Source: Vibrio cholerae ATCC 14035
Lineage (GTDB): Bacteria > Pseudomonadota > Gammaproteobacteria > Enterobacterales > Vibrionaceae
Reading direction: 5' to 3'
DNA length: 32,000 nt
NCBI RefSeq assembly: GCF_000621645.1
Contig: NZ_JHXR01000009.1
Location: 30,001 to 62,000 of the forward strand
Shown: positions 15,408 through 25,491 of the stretch, piece by piece
Layout: each line of letters opens with the position of its first letter
Numbering within the stretch: position 1 is the stretch's first letter
Position numbers and translations under genes: made by a program
The notes under the pieces: model-generated
Told to the model about the DNA's origin: nothing
The model's input: the letters and a program-made list of their open reading frames with translations, nothing else
The model's database searches: none

Positions 15408-16501
15408 TATTGGGCTCCGTTGTTATCCGTGTAGGGACGAACGGTCATGCCTTCGCGTACGCTCGAAACACCGGCGATAATAACCTGCTCACCCGGTTTG
15501 AGATGCTGAGTGATCACCACTCGATCTTTGTAGGTAGTTCCGATGTCGACGTAACGTTTTTCCGCTTGGTTTTGCGCATTGACTACCCACACAAATTGTT
15601 TGCCTTGGTTATCTGGCACTAGGGCGGTCAGTGGTAGGGTGATGAGCGTGTTTTCATCGGCTGGTTTGTCGGCAACCGGGATCACTTTAGCTGACATGCC
15701 GGGCATCACGCGAAAGCCTTTCAAATCTTCAAAACCAAGCACTACAGAGTAGGTTTGTGAATCCGAACTTGGCTGAGTGGAGTAGGTACGCAGCTTTAAA
15801 TCAAATTGCTGATTGGGAATCGCGCTTAACTCGGCGATCGCGCGGGTATTGCGCACACCTGAGAGCATGACACGATGCGGGATCTCAATCGCCACTTCCA
15901 AATCATTCAGATCTTGCAAAATCATGATCACTTGATTGGCTTGCACTTGAGCAAAATTCTCGATGGTTTTTTCACTGATGACGCCATCAAACGGGGCGGT
16001 GATTTGGGTGTACTCCAGTTTGCGTTTGGCCTCTTCAACGCGGTTTTTGGCAAGGTCGTAGCGATTGGTGACTTTATCCAGCTCGGCTTTAGAAATGGCT
16101 TGGGTTTTCTCAAAAATGGCTTTGGCGCGGCGGTACTCTTGTTCGGTATTTTTTAGCTCAAGTTGCGCAGCTTCCAGCGCCGTTTTGGCATCTCGTGAGT
16201 CGAGGCTCGCCAGTAATTGGCCTTTTTTCACTTGGTCGCCTTCTTTTACCGCGATATCCGTTAAGCGGCCACTGATGCGAAAAGCAAGATCAGCGCGCTG
16301 GGCGGCGCGCACTACGCCATTAAACGTGAGATCGGAAGCGCGTTGACTTGCGACAATCTCGGTTAATGCGGGTTTGACCACAGGAGCGGGGGCGCTGATT
16401 TGTGGCGCTTCACCGCAGCCAGCCAACAATAAAGCCGAGGCGATCACCGCGCTAAGCAAGGAGCGCTTTGCAGCCATTGAACGAGTAAAAGAAGGATTCA
16501 T
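15407..16501 (-). CDS. RND efflux periplasmic adaptor (MFP/HlyD-family) lipoprotein
   Basis: Lipobox LLLAGC. A lipoyl / alpha-hairpin / beta-barrel pattern (ISGRLTDIAVKEGDQVKKGQLLASLD ... ITAPFDGVI). Translationally coupled to the RND gene. Confidence 0.93.
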   Translation of the reverse strand: MNPSFTRSMAAKRSLLSAVIASALLLAGCGEAPQISAPAPVVKPALTEIVASQRASDLTFNGVVRAAQRADLAFRISGRLTDIAVKEGDQVKKGQLLASLDSRDAKTALEAAQLELKNTEQEYRRAKAIFEKTQAISKAELDKVTNRYDLAKNRVEEAKRKLEYTQITAPFDGVISEKTIENFAQVQANQVIMILQDLNDLEVAIEIPHRVMLSGVRNTRAIAELSAIPNQQFDLKLRTYSTQPSSDSQTYSVVLGFEDLKGFRVMPGMSAKVIPVADKPADENTLITLPLTALVPDNQGKQFVWVVNAQNQAEKRYVDIGTTYKDRVVITQHLKPGEQVIIAGVSSVREGMTVRPYTDNNGAQ

Positions 16502-16716
16502 AGTGTGTTGCTCCTCAATTTCACAATTGGGAAAGGGGAGTCTGTACGAATCCCCATGCCTTTGACGTTTTATACCTGCAACTTCAAATCGGCAGGCACC
16601 TTGACCACCATGTGGTTAACTTGTCGCGCATCATACCTTGAGTAATGATAAAAAGTAAACTTTCGGGTGTACATTTGTGTTGGGCTTTTTATTCTATCGA
16701 TAATCTGAGTGTCTGC

Positions 16717-17295
16717 TCAGCGAGTTACCAATTGGGTTTCGATCTGAGTTGAAAGTTGATCTACACCCGCAGAGAGTGCTTCAACCAGAGCGGGGTAACC
16801 CGTATCTTTGAGCGGCACCTGAAAACTAAACTCTTGGTTTAACATGCTTTCTCCTTTTGGGTTGAGCAGTTCCCAATTGCCAGCCACTTCGGCATTGCCC
16901 GTGTAGACACCATTAAATCGCTGCAATCTTACCTGTAGTTTCCAGTGCTCTTGCTGGATGGATGAAGCATTCAAAGGTGCAGGCCAGTAGCGAGATTGCT
17001 TACGGCGCAGATCATTGGTGATACGTTGTGTCAGTTGTGGGCTAAGCCGCTGTGCCCACTGGTTTTGTCTGGCTTGGATCACTTGCGTTTCCGACTGACG
17101 ATAAACAATCCCTTGCGTATCTAGATAAGCCGCCAATTCCACGGGTTGAACCACCAGCAAAGGCAATGTTTTGGGCTGGATATGCTCGCTAAGTTCTGGG
17201 TTGTTTGGCAGTAAATAAAAACTGACTTTGGGCTGTGGCGTTCCTCCGCAGCCGACCAACAGTGTGGTTAACATCATCAATAACCAGGGTTTCAT
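16717..17295 (-). CDS. pqiC: PqiC (YmbA-like) lipoprotein of the PqiABC envelope lipid-transport system
   Basis: 192 aa with lipobox LLVGCGG. A 4-bp overlap with pqiB. Size and position match E. coli PqiC. Confidence 0.8.
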   Translation of the reverse strand: MKPWLLMMLTTLLVGCGGTPQPKVSFYLLPNNPELSEHIQPKTLPLLVVQPVELAAYLDTQGIVYRQSETQVIQARQNQWAQRLSPQLTQRITNDLRRKQSRYWPAPLNASSIQQEHWKLQVRLQRFNGVYTGNAEVAGNWELLNPKGESMLNQEFSFQVPLKDTGYPALVEALSAGVDQLSTQIETQLVTR

Positions 17296-18935
17296 TCTTG
17301 CTTTCCTTTCGCGGGAATCGGATCTGCTGTATTACTTTCACCAAAAATCAAGGCATTAGGTTTTTCATTAATGGTGCGCAGCACAGGTTTAAATTCGGCC
17401 ATCACTTGGTTGAGTTCTCTTAACGTGGTTTCAAGCTCACGATACACCGTCGACTCAGGACCAAAACCACCTAGGGTCGTTTCCAGTTGCTTTAGGCTTG
17501 CTTGAATATCCGCTGGCAGATTTTGTGTCTCTTGTTTTTTGAGAATGCGTTCTGCCGAAGCCAACAGCGCTTCTGAGGTTTTTAACGTGCTGTTGAGTGA
17601 TGCCAAAGTATCATCCATAGGCAACCCGTTGAGTTTTCTCAGCAATTCGGTAACTTGTTTTTGCACTTCAGCAAATCCACCTTGTTTGGTGGGGAATAGG
17701 GGATACCCATCGAAGTGTTTCAAGCCATCTATTTTTTCTTCTGGGTAATAATCGGTATCAATGTACAAAGCGCCAGTCACTAAGTTGCCGGTTTTTAACG
17801 AGGCTTTGAGCCCTTTGAAAAACTCCTGTTGCATACGTGACTTCAATGCGGGGAGATCGGCTTTATTAAAATTATCGTACAAACGACCTAGCTCAATTCG
17901 CACTAGGACGGGGATACGATTAGTACTGATATCAATGTTTGAGGTACGAGTACGCAGAGGTACTTTGCTGACCGTACCGATACGTAGACCACGATATTCG
18001 ACCGGAGCGGAAGGTTTGAGCCCGCGTACCGATTCATCAAACATCATCACAAACTCGATGTAGTCATCAAACATGCCTTCACGGATCTGTTTTACATCAT
18101 CAAACAAGCGAAACTCGGTCAGCTGCTGAGTAATCGGCTGGCCAGAATCCTCTTCTTGTAACTGGCCAAAAGTGACTCCGCCTTTGAGTAGGCTTTCTAT
18201 CGACCCTAAGCTGAACTCAAGCCCTTCGGCATTCAGTTGAAGGTTGATCCCGGAATTGAGCCAGAAGAAGGAGCGTGTATTCACCAATTTATCGTAAGGG
18301 GCAAAGATAAAGAGTTGGTACTGAGCCTTTTTGCTTTCCACATCAAACTGGGCACTCTCCACTCGGCCGACGGTGAATCCTTCATACATGACTGGATCGC
18401 CCACGTTGAGTTTTCCGGCTTCTTTATTCGTGAGCACTAAACGCAACCCTTTAGCATCAGGCGGTGCAATCGGTGGTAAGTCCATGACCTTAAAATGGTC
18501 TTGAGCACTCGAAGCGGTTCCCGGTTGGAGCTGAATATAAGCGCCAGAAAGTAAGGTATCGAGACCAGAAATGCCTTCTCGGCCAATGCGAGGTTTTACT
18601 ACCCAAAAGAGCGTATCTTCGCGCAACATGCGATCGGCATCTTTGCTCATTTGCGCCGTTGCCACAATGTGATCGTAATCTTCGCTGAGTTTTATCTCAG
18701 TTATTACCCCAACATTGACATTAAGGGCTTTAATTTGGGTTTTCCCTACTTCGAGCCCATCAGCTGTCGGTAAGATGAGCGTTATCTTGGGACCCGTGCT
18801 ATTGACGTACTGAAATAACATCCATAACCCCATCGCAAGAGCCAGAATAGGAATGATCCAAATTGCAGAGAGCTGCTTTTGCGCAGTTATTTCAGCATTA
18901 ACTTGAGGTTCATCACTCATAGACAGTTTTCTCAT
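17292..18935 (-). CDS. pqiB: PqiB, multi-MCE-domain intermembrane transport protein
   Basis: 547 aa. An N-terminal TM (SAIWIIPILALAMGLWMLF) is followed by repeated MCE-like modules and a C-terminal helical region. It overlaps both pqiA and pqiC by 4 bp. Confidence 0.9.
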   Translation of the reverse strand: MRKLSMSDEPQVNAEITAQKQLSAIWIIPILALAMGLWMLFQYVNSTGPKITLILPTADGLEVGKTQIKALNVNVGVITEIKLSEDYDHIVATAQMSKDADRMLREDTLFWVVKPRIGREGISGLDTLLSGAYIQLQPGTASSAQDHFKVMDLPPIAPPDAKGLRLVLTNKEAGKLNVGDPVMYEGFTVGRVESAQFDVESKKAQYQLFIFAPYDKLVNTRSFFWLNSGINLQLNAEGLEFSLGSIESLLKGGVTFGQLQEEDSGQPITQQLTEFRLFDDVKQIREGMFDDYIEFVMMFDESVRGLKPSAPVEYRGLRIGTVSKVPLRTRTSNIDISTNRIPVLVRIELGRLYDNFNKADLPALKSRMQQEFFKGLKASLKTGNLVTGALYIDTDYYPEEKIDGLKHFDGYPLFPTKQGGFAEVQKQVTELLRKLNGLPMDDTLASLNSTLKTSEALLASAERILKKQETQNLPADIQASLKQLETTLGGFGPESTVYRELETTLRELNQVMAEFKPVLRTINEKPNALIFGESNTADPIPAKGKQE

Positions 18936-20236
18936 TTTATTTTTGTTGGTGGGGATTCTGGCGGCTCATGCCACAAGATTCGCGAATCAAAAACCATGGC
19001 TGAGAGCATAGTCAATAATACTACTGCAGCAAAAGAGAGCGCTGCCGGGCCGGGATAAATCGCCATCAGATTATGCAACTGTACTAAAGACACCAAAATA
19101 GCCACGACGAAGATATCAATCATTGACCAGCGGCCAATGAATTCGGTTACGCGATACACTTTGAGACGTTTTAGATTCTGCTGCTCTGGAAATACATTGA
19201 GTTTTCCGGCCTGCCAGTAGAGCCAACCGAGTGCAAACATTTTGGCCATAGGGATAAAAATACTGGCTAAGAAAATCACCATCGCCACCGGATAAGAGCC
19301 GAGGTGCCACAGAAGGATCACCCCTTGCATAATGCTTGAGCCTTCTGATTTTCCGAGGCTCACGGTATACATCATTGGATAAAGATTCGCTGGAATGTAA
19401 AAAATGATGGCAGCCAGTAACAGTGCCCAAGCCCACTGCAAATTCAACTGTGGATGATAAGCGTGTAAACGACTACCACAGCGTAAACAAGTGGGCTTTT
19501 TTTGATCTGGCCTGAGCAAGTTAATCTGTTGACAGGTGTGGCAACTGACCGAGTTGTGTGTGCAATGAGTTTGCCCAGCGTTGACTCCTTGGGGAGTTTG
19601 GGCGGGAATAAAGTGTTGCCACAACCAATAGCGATCGACTAGCGAAACGGTTTTCACAACCAACATGGCAAAAAAGCAAAATGCCCAGAAGGAGTAACCC
19701 ATCGCTACCTCGGCTAGTGAGGCTATTTTTATGAGACTGACTAATACGCCAATTAAAAAGACATCGACCATTAACCACGGCTGAACTGTGAGTAATGTTT
19801 TGCACAATAGCTTCGCGCGCTGGATCTCGGATGAAGAAAGTTGTCGTTGTGTGCTTTGCGCGGCTTTAAAAGAGACAAAAAGAAGTATGGTGATGTAGAG
19901 CGCCGGAAAAAGGATAACGGTGGTAAAGAGTAAAATGGCTAATAAAACGTTTTGAAATTCACCGAGCATTTTGGCTGCATTTAACAGCGTAATTTCTTGG
20001 GTCATTCCTTGCACGCTAAATGACATAAAAGGAAACGTCAGGCTGAGCACCAATAAAATCAGGCAACTGATGGTTAATGCGACAGCGGTTTGGTACGGTT
20101 TTTGAGGTGTTTGGGTGAGCGTATGCCCGCAACGAGGACACTGCGCAGTTTGTGCTTGGCTTAAAAGTGGTACGTTGGTTATTAGCCCACACTCGTCACA
20201 ACCAATCAAATGATTCTTTAGTTTGTCCATAGTCAT
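18932..20236 (-). CDS. pqiA: PqiA, paraquat-inducible protein A family inner-membrane protein
   Basis: 434 aa with two duplicated halves. Each half begins with a CxxC...CxxC zinc ribbon (CDECG...CPRCG and CHTCQ...CLRCG) followed by TM helices. Confidence 0.9.
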   Translation of the reverse strand: MTMDKLKNHLIGCDECGLITNVPLLSQAQTAQCPRCGHTLTQTPQKPYQTAVALTISCLILLVLSLTFPFMSFSVQGMTQEITLLNAAKMLGEFQNVLLAILLFTTVILFPALYITILLFVSFKAAQSTQRQLSSSEIQRAKLLCKTLLTVQPWLMVDVFLIGVLVSLIKIASLAEVAMGYSFWAFCFFAMLVVKTVSLVDRYWLWQHFIPAQTPQGVNAGQTHCTHNSVSCHTCQQINLLRPDQKKPTCLRCGSRLHAYHPQLNLQWAWALLLAAIIFYIPANLYPMMYTVSLGKSEGSSIMQGVILLWHLGSYPVAMVIFLASIFIPMAKMFALGWLYWQAGKLNVFPEQQNLKRLKVYRVTEFIGRWSMIDIFVVAILVSLVQLHNLMAIYPGPAALSFAAVVLLTMLSAMVFDSRILWHEPPESPPTKIK

Positions 20237-20457
20237 TGGTTTTATTTATCGTTAGTGGGTTGGAATCATTCCACGAGGATTGATAACAAGCCGATGTTAA
20301 AGGTTGAGAGCTTGTAACATTTGGGATTTATCGCAGCCTTATTGTAGCGATTTATTCGCATGACTAAAGAAAAGTTTTTAATTTTCAGCTAGATTACCGC
20401 TAGCAAAATTTGATGAGGTTAGGTTTAACAATGATAACCAAAAAGTGTAGATACGCG

Positions 20458-22167
20458 ATGAAACCACGTTGGAGCTGGGTAGCATTATTGCTTCTGATGG
20501 CAACCAGTGCTTTCGCGAGTGACACGTCGCAAGAGAATACCCAAATCGAGACTACTACTGAGATAACGACTACGGCAGAGTCGCCCTCTGAGCTTGAAAA
20601 TGAGATTGATCAGATAAAGCAATATATCAGTGAGTTGTCGGTGACGCTAAAGCAAGCAACAGGCGATGTACGTGATGCTTTGCAACTTCAGCTGTTTCAA
20701 AAAAATGCCGAGTTAAGAAAGAGCCTTTCCAAAGCGGTGGAAGAAAAAACAATTGCCAAAGAAAAGCTCGTCGAGCTGGTGAATATCCAACAACGGTATA
20801 CCGAAGAGGCGAATCACTACATTTCCGAACGGTTGAATTCGTTGGATGACAGTCTCGGCAAGGCATCCCATGAAGAGAAACTCTCTTATATCACTACCTA
20901 TCGGGAGTTACAGCAATATCTGGACGTGACTTACCATTCCAGCGCAGAAAATATTGGTTGGCTCAGTAGTTTGGATATCGATACCCGTGACGTTGAGAAG
21001 ACATTAAGAGAGCGAATCAATCAACGCTTACGTCTACTGTCGGCTTCATTAGAGTATCTAAAGCAACAAATCAGTGTGATCAATAACCAGATCAAATCAA
21101 GCCCAGAGTCTGAAAAGGCCAACTTACAATTGGCGCTCCTTTTTACTCAGCAGCGGCTGGATATTGTCACCAAAAGCCTACGTTCAGTGGTGGGGATTGC
21201 CGATCAATTTGAGATAGAAACCGCCGACTATAAGCGACAGATTTTCCAAGTGACGGGCAGTATTACTCAGGATTTGTTGAACACTCAGGTGGTATTTTCA
21301 ATTGTTCGTCACTGGTCAAATTCGCTGGTCAACTGGCTGGCAAGTAATGCGGTTCAACACCTATTCCAACTCTTTATCTTTTTATTGATTCTACTGGCGG
21401 CGAAGGGCGGAGCGAAAGTGACTCGCACTGTAGTACGTTCTGCTGTGAACTCGAAAAACATCCGTATCTCTCATTTGATGCAGGATTTCTTTGTTTCTAT
21501 GTCCGGCAAAGTAGTGTGGGTTATCGGGATTTTGGTCGGCTTATCGCAGATTGGTCTCAATCTCGCGCCAGTATTAACCGGTTTTGGTATTGCAGGGGTG
21601 ATCATTGGTTTCGCGTTGCAAGATACTTTGTCTAACTTCGCAGCAGGCATGATGTTACTGATTTACCGACCATTTGATGTGGGGGATTTTGTGCATGCGG
21701 GAGGTGTGGATGGCAAAGTGAGCCACATGAGTTTGGTCAATACCACGATTCGTACGTTCGATAACCAGATCATTATTGTGCCCAATAGCAAAATTTGGGG
21801 GGATGTGATCAAAAACGTTACCCATGAACGGATCCGACGAGTCGATATGGTGTTTGGCATTGGGTATAGCGATGATTTGCTTAAAGCAGAAGCAGTACTG
21901 ACCGATATCGTAAAGTCGCATCCCGCAGTGCTAAAAACACCTGAGCCGAATATCAAAGTGCATACGCTTAACACCTCATCGATTGACTTTATCGTGCGTC
22001 CTTGGGTGAAAACCGACGATTACTGGGATGTGTATTGGGATGTCACTAAAGAAGTTAAGCTGCGCTTTGACCGGGAAGGTATTTCTATTCCTTTCCCACA
22101 ACAAGATGTGCATTTGCATCTGGTGGATCAAAAAGCCTTTATCCCACCTACACAGCCCACTTCTTAG
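20458..22167 (+). CDS. MscS-family mechanosensitive channel with an N-terminal periplasmic coiled-coil domain
   Basis: C-terminal MscS core (GFALQDTLSNFAAGMMLLIYRPFDVGDFVHAGGVDGKVSHMSLVNTTIRTFDNQIIIVPNSKIW). The tracked ORF starts at TTG 20410. I prefer ATG 20458 because it yields a clean signal peptide, MKPRWSWVALLLLMATSAFA. The start remains uncertain. Confidence 0.88.
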   Translation: MKPRWSWVALLLLMATSAFASDTSQENTQIETTTEITTTAESPSELENEIDQIKQYISELSVTLKQATGDVRDALQLQLFQKNAELRKSLSKAVEEKTIAKEKLVELVNIQQRYTEEANHYISERLNSLDDSLGKASHEEKLSYITTYRELQQYLDVTYHSSAENIGWLSSLDIDTRDVEKTLRERINQRLRLLSASLEYLKQQISVINNQIKSSPESEKANLQLALLFTQQRLDIVTKSLRSVVGIADQFEIETADYKRQIFQVTGSITQDLLNTQVVFSIVRHWSNSLVNWLASNAVQHLFQLFIFLLILLAAKGGAKVTRTVVRSAVNSKNIRISHLMQDFFVSMSGKVVWVIGILVGLSQIGLNLAPVLTGFGIAGVIIGFALQDTLSNFAAGMMLLIYRPFDVGDFVHAGGVDGKVSHMSLVNTTIRTFDNQIIIVPNSKIWGDVIKNVTHERIRRVDMVFGIGYSDDLLKAEAVLTDIVKSHPAVLKTPEPNIKVHTLNTSSIDFIVRPWVKTDDYWDVYWDVTKEVKLRFDREGISIPFPQQDVHLHLVDQKAFIPPTQPTS

Positions 22168-22182
22168 TGTTGGTAAGTGTGA

Positions 22183-23304
22183 CTATTTTGTTTGGCAGAG
22201 CGATGTTGTCGCTCTGCCATTAGGTTCAACGGAGGGCGAGATCTTTAAAGGATGAGCATTGGTATCTTGGCATTTAGCAAACAGTGCGAAGAGATGGAAC
22301 TGTTTCGCTGTCCAGATATCCGGCATATCTACAGTTTTTAATAAAGGATTGAAATAACTATCCTGCTGATCAGAAATTAACCTTAATTCGACCCAATCTT
22401 CAATTCGCTCGTCGTTATGGAAACTCTCCTCCAATGATAGAACGTGATCAGCCGTGGGTTCATTGGGTAACAGTGCATAAGCCAAATGATAGTCTCTTTT
22501 GAGTAATAGCCATTTATCTGGTAGACGGCGTTGGCTGTCCCACCAAATACCTTCGAGTTGCTGGATTTTTTGTTGAGTCACACTGCTAGGTTGTGCTTTT
22601 AATTTCCGAAGTTCATCTTCAAGAAGATGAGCAAAAATTTTTTCAAACTCCTGTTTGTTGGCGTCTGGATTAGCCAGCAATACGTCACGCGCCAAGTTTG
22701 CCCCGAGCATATTGGAATAAAGGTCTTCGGGTGAAAAAGCGGAGGCCTGCTCATGAAACCCACTGACATAGGTTAGGCCAAACCACTGAGCAATTTCATG
22801 CCACTGGGCCAGTTGAAATGCGATGAAAGCCGCGGCTTGAGCACTGCGTATTACCCTTTCTTTGGGGTCTAGAGAGACAGATTGGTTTTTCCAATGTATT
22901 TGGCGTGAACGTAACTCAGTGGGTAAGGTGATCTGAGCTTCATGACCTAGCTGGGCCAAGTTTAATTTAAACAAGTAATAGGTGAAATCTGCGGTGTCTC
23001 TGACGTGTGCAGTATCAATAAATCCAGCTCGTTTGGTAAAAATCAGGCCATTATGTTCCTCGCTTAAGCCTAATAAGCTGGTTGATAAAGATTGATCTCC
23101 TTGGTTGTAGTGATGGCCCCCAAGCGCATCAACATCGATAACGTTATCCACAGAGAAAAAGGGAACAGGAATACCGGCGACTTGTGCGTGGAGATTGTAA
23201 CCAAAGGCACAACATGGACGAAGCCCTATAGGTGGAGTGGGTATGGCTTGTACAGGTTGAAGTATGGCTAATAGAAAACACAGTAGAGTAGTGATGAATC
23301 TCAT
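22183..23304 (-). CDS. Secreted protein of unknown function; last gene of a three-gene envelope cluster
   Basis: 373 aa with signal peptide MRFITTLLCFLLAILQPVQA. Only 10 nt separate it from the upstream barrel gene. I recognise no motif. Confidence 0.65.
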   Translation of the reverse strand: MRFITTLLCFLLAILQPVQAIPTPPIGLRPCCAFGYNLHAQVAGIPVPFFSVDNVIDVDALGGHHYNQGDQSLSTSLLGLSEEHNGLIFTKRAGFIDTAHVRDTADFTYYLFKLNLAQLGHEAQITLPTELRSRQIHWKNQSVSLDPKERVIRSAQAAAFIAFQLAQWHEIAQWFGLTYVSGFHEQASAFSPEDLYSNMLGANLARDVLLANPDANKQEFEKIFAHLLEDELRKLKAQPSSVTQQKIQQLEGIWWDSQRRLPDKWLLLKRDYHLAYALLPNEPTADHVLSLEESFHNDERIEDWVELRLISDQQDSYFNPLLKTVDMPDIWTAKQFHLFALFAKCQDTNAHPLKISPSVEPNGRATTSLCQTK

Positions 23305-23314
23305 CTCTTTTTCC

Positions 23315-24427
23315 TCAAAATGCTTCGTTTATCTGAAAATAAAATCCGTTGTTTTGCTTACCTACACCTAAATCAATGCGCACATTGATTCTTGCTTTAA
23401 AGGCAAAGCGGTAACCGATACCAAGAGTTGGCAGCCATTCACTCTCCGCTAAGTCAGCAAATTGTGAAGCTGTGCTGCCACTACCTAACCACGCCACCAT
23501 GCCGTGTCTTGCGTTAAAGCTATGACGAATTTCAAATTGTGCGGTAGCGAAGTGTTTGTCACGATATTGGCCTTGGTAATAGCCTCGCATTCTTTGATCA
23601 TCGCCGAGCATTGCGTGGTCGAACCAAGGTACTTCACCAGTGAAAGATTGATTAAACCATTCCATCGCAAAGATAGTTTGAGGCGTTAATCGCTGATAAT
23701 GGCGTAAGTTAAACACCCATTGTTGATAGTCAAAATCGCTACCATAGCGGTCTCGATAATCACTCCATTCAAGATTGATATAGCTTCCTGACTGCGGGTT
23801 GGGTTCAAAGTCTCGGCTGTCATATTCAAGCCCAATTAAGCTTCCACTACTTACCCCAGGCTTAAGCTCCGCAGCCGCATCCCCCTTTTTTTTCACTGCA
23901 ATCGCACGATAACTCTGCCATTGCCAGCCAACTTTAAGGTAAGTGCTTGGAAACAGCTCATAAGCCAGCGATGGGTTAAACTGTAACCTTTTCGCGTCAT
24001 AGTGTGTTTTATTGGATTCCTGTTCCGCAGCCTTGGCACCAATACCCCAATAGTCACTCGGCGCATGGCTAATCCAACCATCGATGAGCATTCTCCATTG
24101 ATCGTTATTGAGATAAGTACGATTTACTAGGCCTAAACCGTAAGAACCTGAAGTTGACGTGTAGGAGGTGATGGTCACGGTTGAAAATGGATGCCCCTCT
24201 TGCCACGTTGGTGGCGCATAGAGCCCCACTGCCGCGATGCCAATGCCTAGGCCTTGCTCAGGATTAACAAATGGTCCAGGGAGTATCCCCCAATCAATGG
24301 TTTTACTCACATCGACCGTTTCACTTGCCCCCAGTTTTTCGAGCACTTTATCCAATACATTATCTGATGCTTCGGCTAACAGTGAAAAACCTAAGGTGAT
24401 TAGAAAAATCAGAGTATTTGTTTTCAT
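23315..24427 (-). CDS. Omp85/surface-antigen (D15) family outer-membrane beta-barrel without POTRA domains
   Basis: Omp85-type motifs (LGDDQRMRGYYQGQYRD, EYDSRDFEPNPQSG) and a C-terminal beta-signal ending GFYFQINEAF. The start is trimmed from the tracked 24541 to ATG 24427, which gives signal peptide MKTNTLIFLITLGFSLLAEA and removes the overlap with the upstream gene. Confidence 0.75.
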   Translation of the reverse strand: MKTNTLIFLITLGFSLLAEASDNVLDKVLEKLGASETVDVSKTIDWGILPGPFVNPEQGLGIGIAAVGLYAPPTWQEGHPFSTVTITSYTSTSGSYGLGLVNRTYLNNDQWRMLIDGWISHAPSDYWGIGAKAAEQESNKTHYDAKRLQFNPSLAYELFPSTYLKVGWQWQSYRAIAVKKKGDAAAELKPGVSSGSLIGLEYDSRDFEPNPQSGSYINLEWSDYRDRYGSDFDYQQWVFNLRHYQRLTPQTIFAMEWFNQSFTGEVPWFDHAMLGDDQRMRGYYQGQYRDKHFATAQFEIRHSFNARHGMVAWLGSGSTASQFADLAESEWLPTLGIGYRFAFKARINVRIDLGVGKQNNGFYFQINEAF

Positions 24428-24440
24428 CGCAGATGACTGA

Positions 24441-25265
24441 TTAAAAACGTCTATCGAGAGAGAAAAATAGACTTTGGCGATCGCCAAAACCGAACTCGCC
24501 GAGCAAATACCAGCTGTCATTGAGTTGATACTGCATCCCAACCAGTGGATTCCATGACGTTTGCAAATGTTGTTTCACTTCAAAACCCGCATCTTTAGGG
24601 AGTAAAGCGGTGAGTGAGCCCGGAAGGCCAAGATCCGATAGGGAACCTTGTAAAGTTTGTTCGACATCTTGATACATAGCTCCCACCCAAAGTCGCAATG
24701 GATGGCCATGACGATGGAAGTCGTAACCGATTCGCGGAGAAATCACTATGGCTTCAATACTGCCATCGATGACCGTGAGACGGCTTTCGGTTAGGCTAGC
24801 ATCGACCAAGGCAAACCAGTTCTGATAACCGCCAACCAGTACACCACCGACCCCTGTGGTGTAACCATCAAGGTCGAGACGAAAATTGTTGATGGTGTGT
24901 TGTGCCCCTAAAAACTTCATATTCACATCTGTCGTGGAGTAACCGTCTAGCTTGCCGACTAAGCCATACAGATTAAGAAAGGGGAATAGCCACACGTCGG
25001 CGCGCAGAGTCAACACTTCGGTATATTGTCTACCTGGATCCGCTTGTAATTGCAGTGGCAATTTACCCAGGCCTTGGATAGCGATTGAATCGACGTTGAT
25101 CCCTTGTTCCATCGTCATGTAACTGAGATTAAAGCCAATCGGTTTGGGTAATTCATAACCGAGAGCTTCGGCTTTTTCTTTCCAAATCGGCAGTGAAAAC
25201 TCACTGGCCCAAGTGGTGAATGGAAAACAGAAAACGGTGAGTGTCAGTAGTGTTCGTAATATCAT
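24441..25265 (-). CDS. Putative outer-membrane beta-barrel protein (unknown family)
   Basis: 274 aa with signal peptide MILRTLLTLTVFCFPFTTWA. Alternating hydrophobic strands and a terminal Phe (SLDRRF). It is the first gene of the cluster. Confidence 0.6.
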   Translation of the reverse strand: MILRTLLTLTVFCFPFTTWASEFSLPIWKEKAEALGYELPKPIGFNLSYMTMEQGINVDSIAIQGLGKLPLQLQADPGRQYTEVLTLRADVWLFPFLNLYGLVGKLDGYSTTDVNMKFLGAQHTINNFRLDLDGYTTGVGGVLVGGYQNWFALVDASLTESRLTVIDGSIEAIVISPRIGYDFHRHGHPLRLWVGAMYQDVEQTLQGSLSDLGLPGSLTALLPKDAGFEVKQHLQTSWNPLVGMQYQLNDSWYLLGEFGFGDRQSLFFSLDRRF

Positions 25266-25491
25266 TCAGAGTGCTCAGCAGTGTTATCGTATCCAGATAC
25301 TTGGGGAGCAATGAATCTGTTTGATTGATGGCAGATTTCCCCTAATGGTTTCTGATCCCTGAATGCCATTTTGAGGCGATAATACCTTTATTTTTAGCAC
25401 AAAGTAAACTCGTTGGTGTACTTTTTTGTGCGTCGGACTTATAGTGATAGCGGATGATATTGATAACCGATGAAATTGAGGAAATCGTGGT

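Noticed and set aside
12693-16565. Roughly a dozen 61-119-aa ORFs on both strands inside the RND permease and adaptor genes
   Set aside because: They are embedded in two long genes with clear family architecture. The higher GC here produces long chance ORFs.
16641-16659. Fur-box-like AT-rich element AGTAATGATAAAAAGTAAA upstream of the RND operon, and a possible CpxR GTAAA pair
   Set aside because: By my count it matches only about 12 of 19 positions of the Fur consensus GATAATGATAATCATTATC. The GTAAT/GTAAA pair has 8-nt rather than 5-nt spacing. I am also unsure which Vex pump this is, so prior knowledge about its regulation cannot be applied.
20261-20273. 13-bp palindrome TGGAATCATTCCA in the pqiA / mscS-family divergent promoter region
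   Set aside because: It is short, single-copy, and I can tie it to no known regulator consensus. It could be an operator, but that is not supportable from sequence alone.
23315-24541. Long N-terminal extensions in the ORF track for 23315-24541, 26139, 27912-28937, 29308 and 20410
   Set aside because: In each case an internal ATG gives a canonical signal peptide or family N-terminus, a better Shine-Dalgarno, or removes overlap with a neighbouring gene or promoter. The extensions were trimmed in the feature list.
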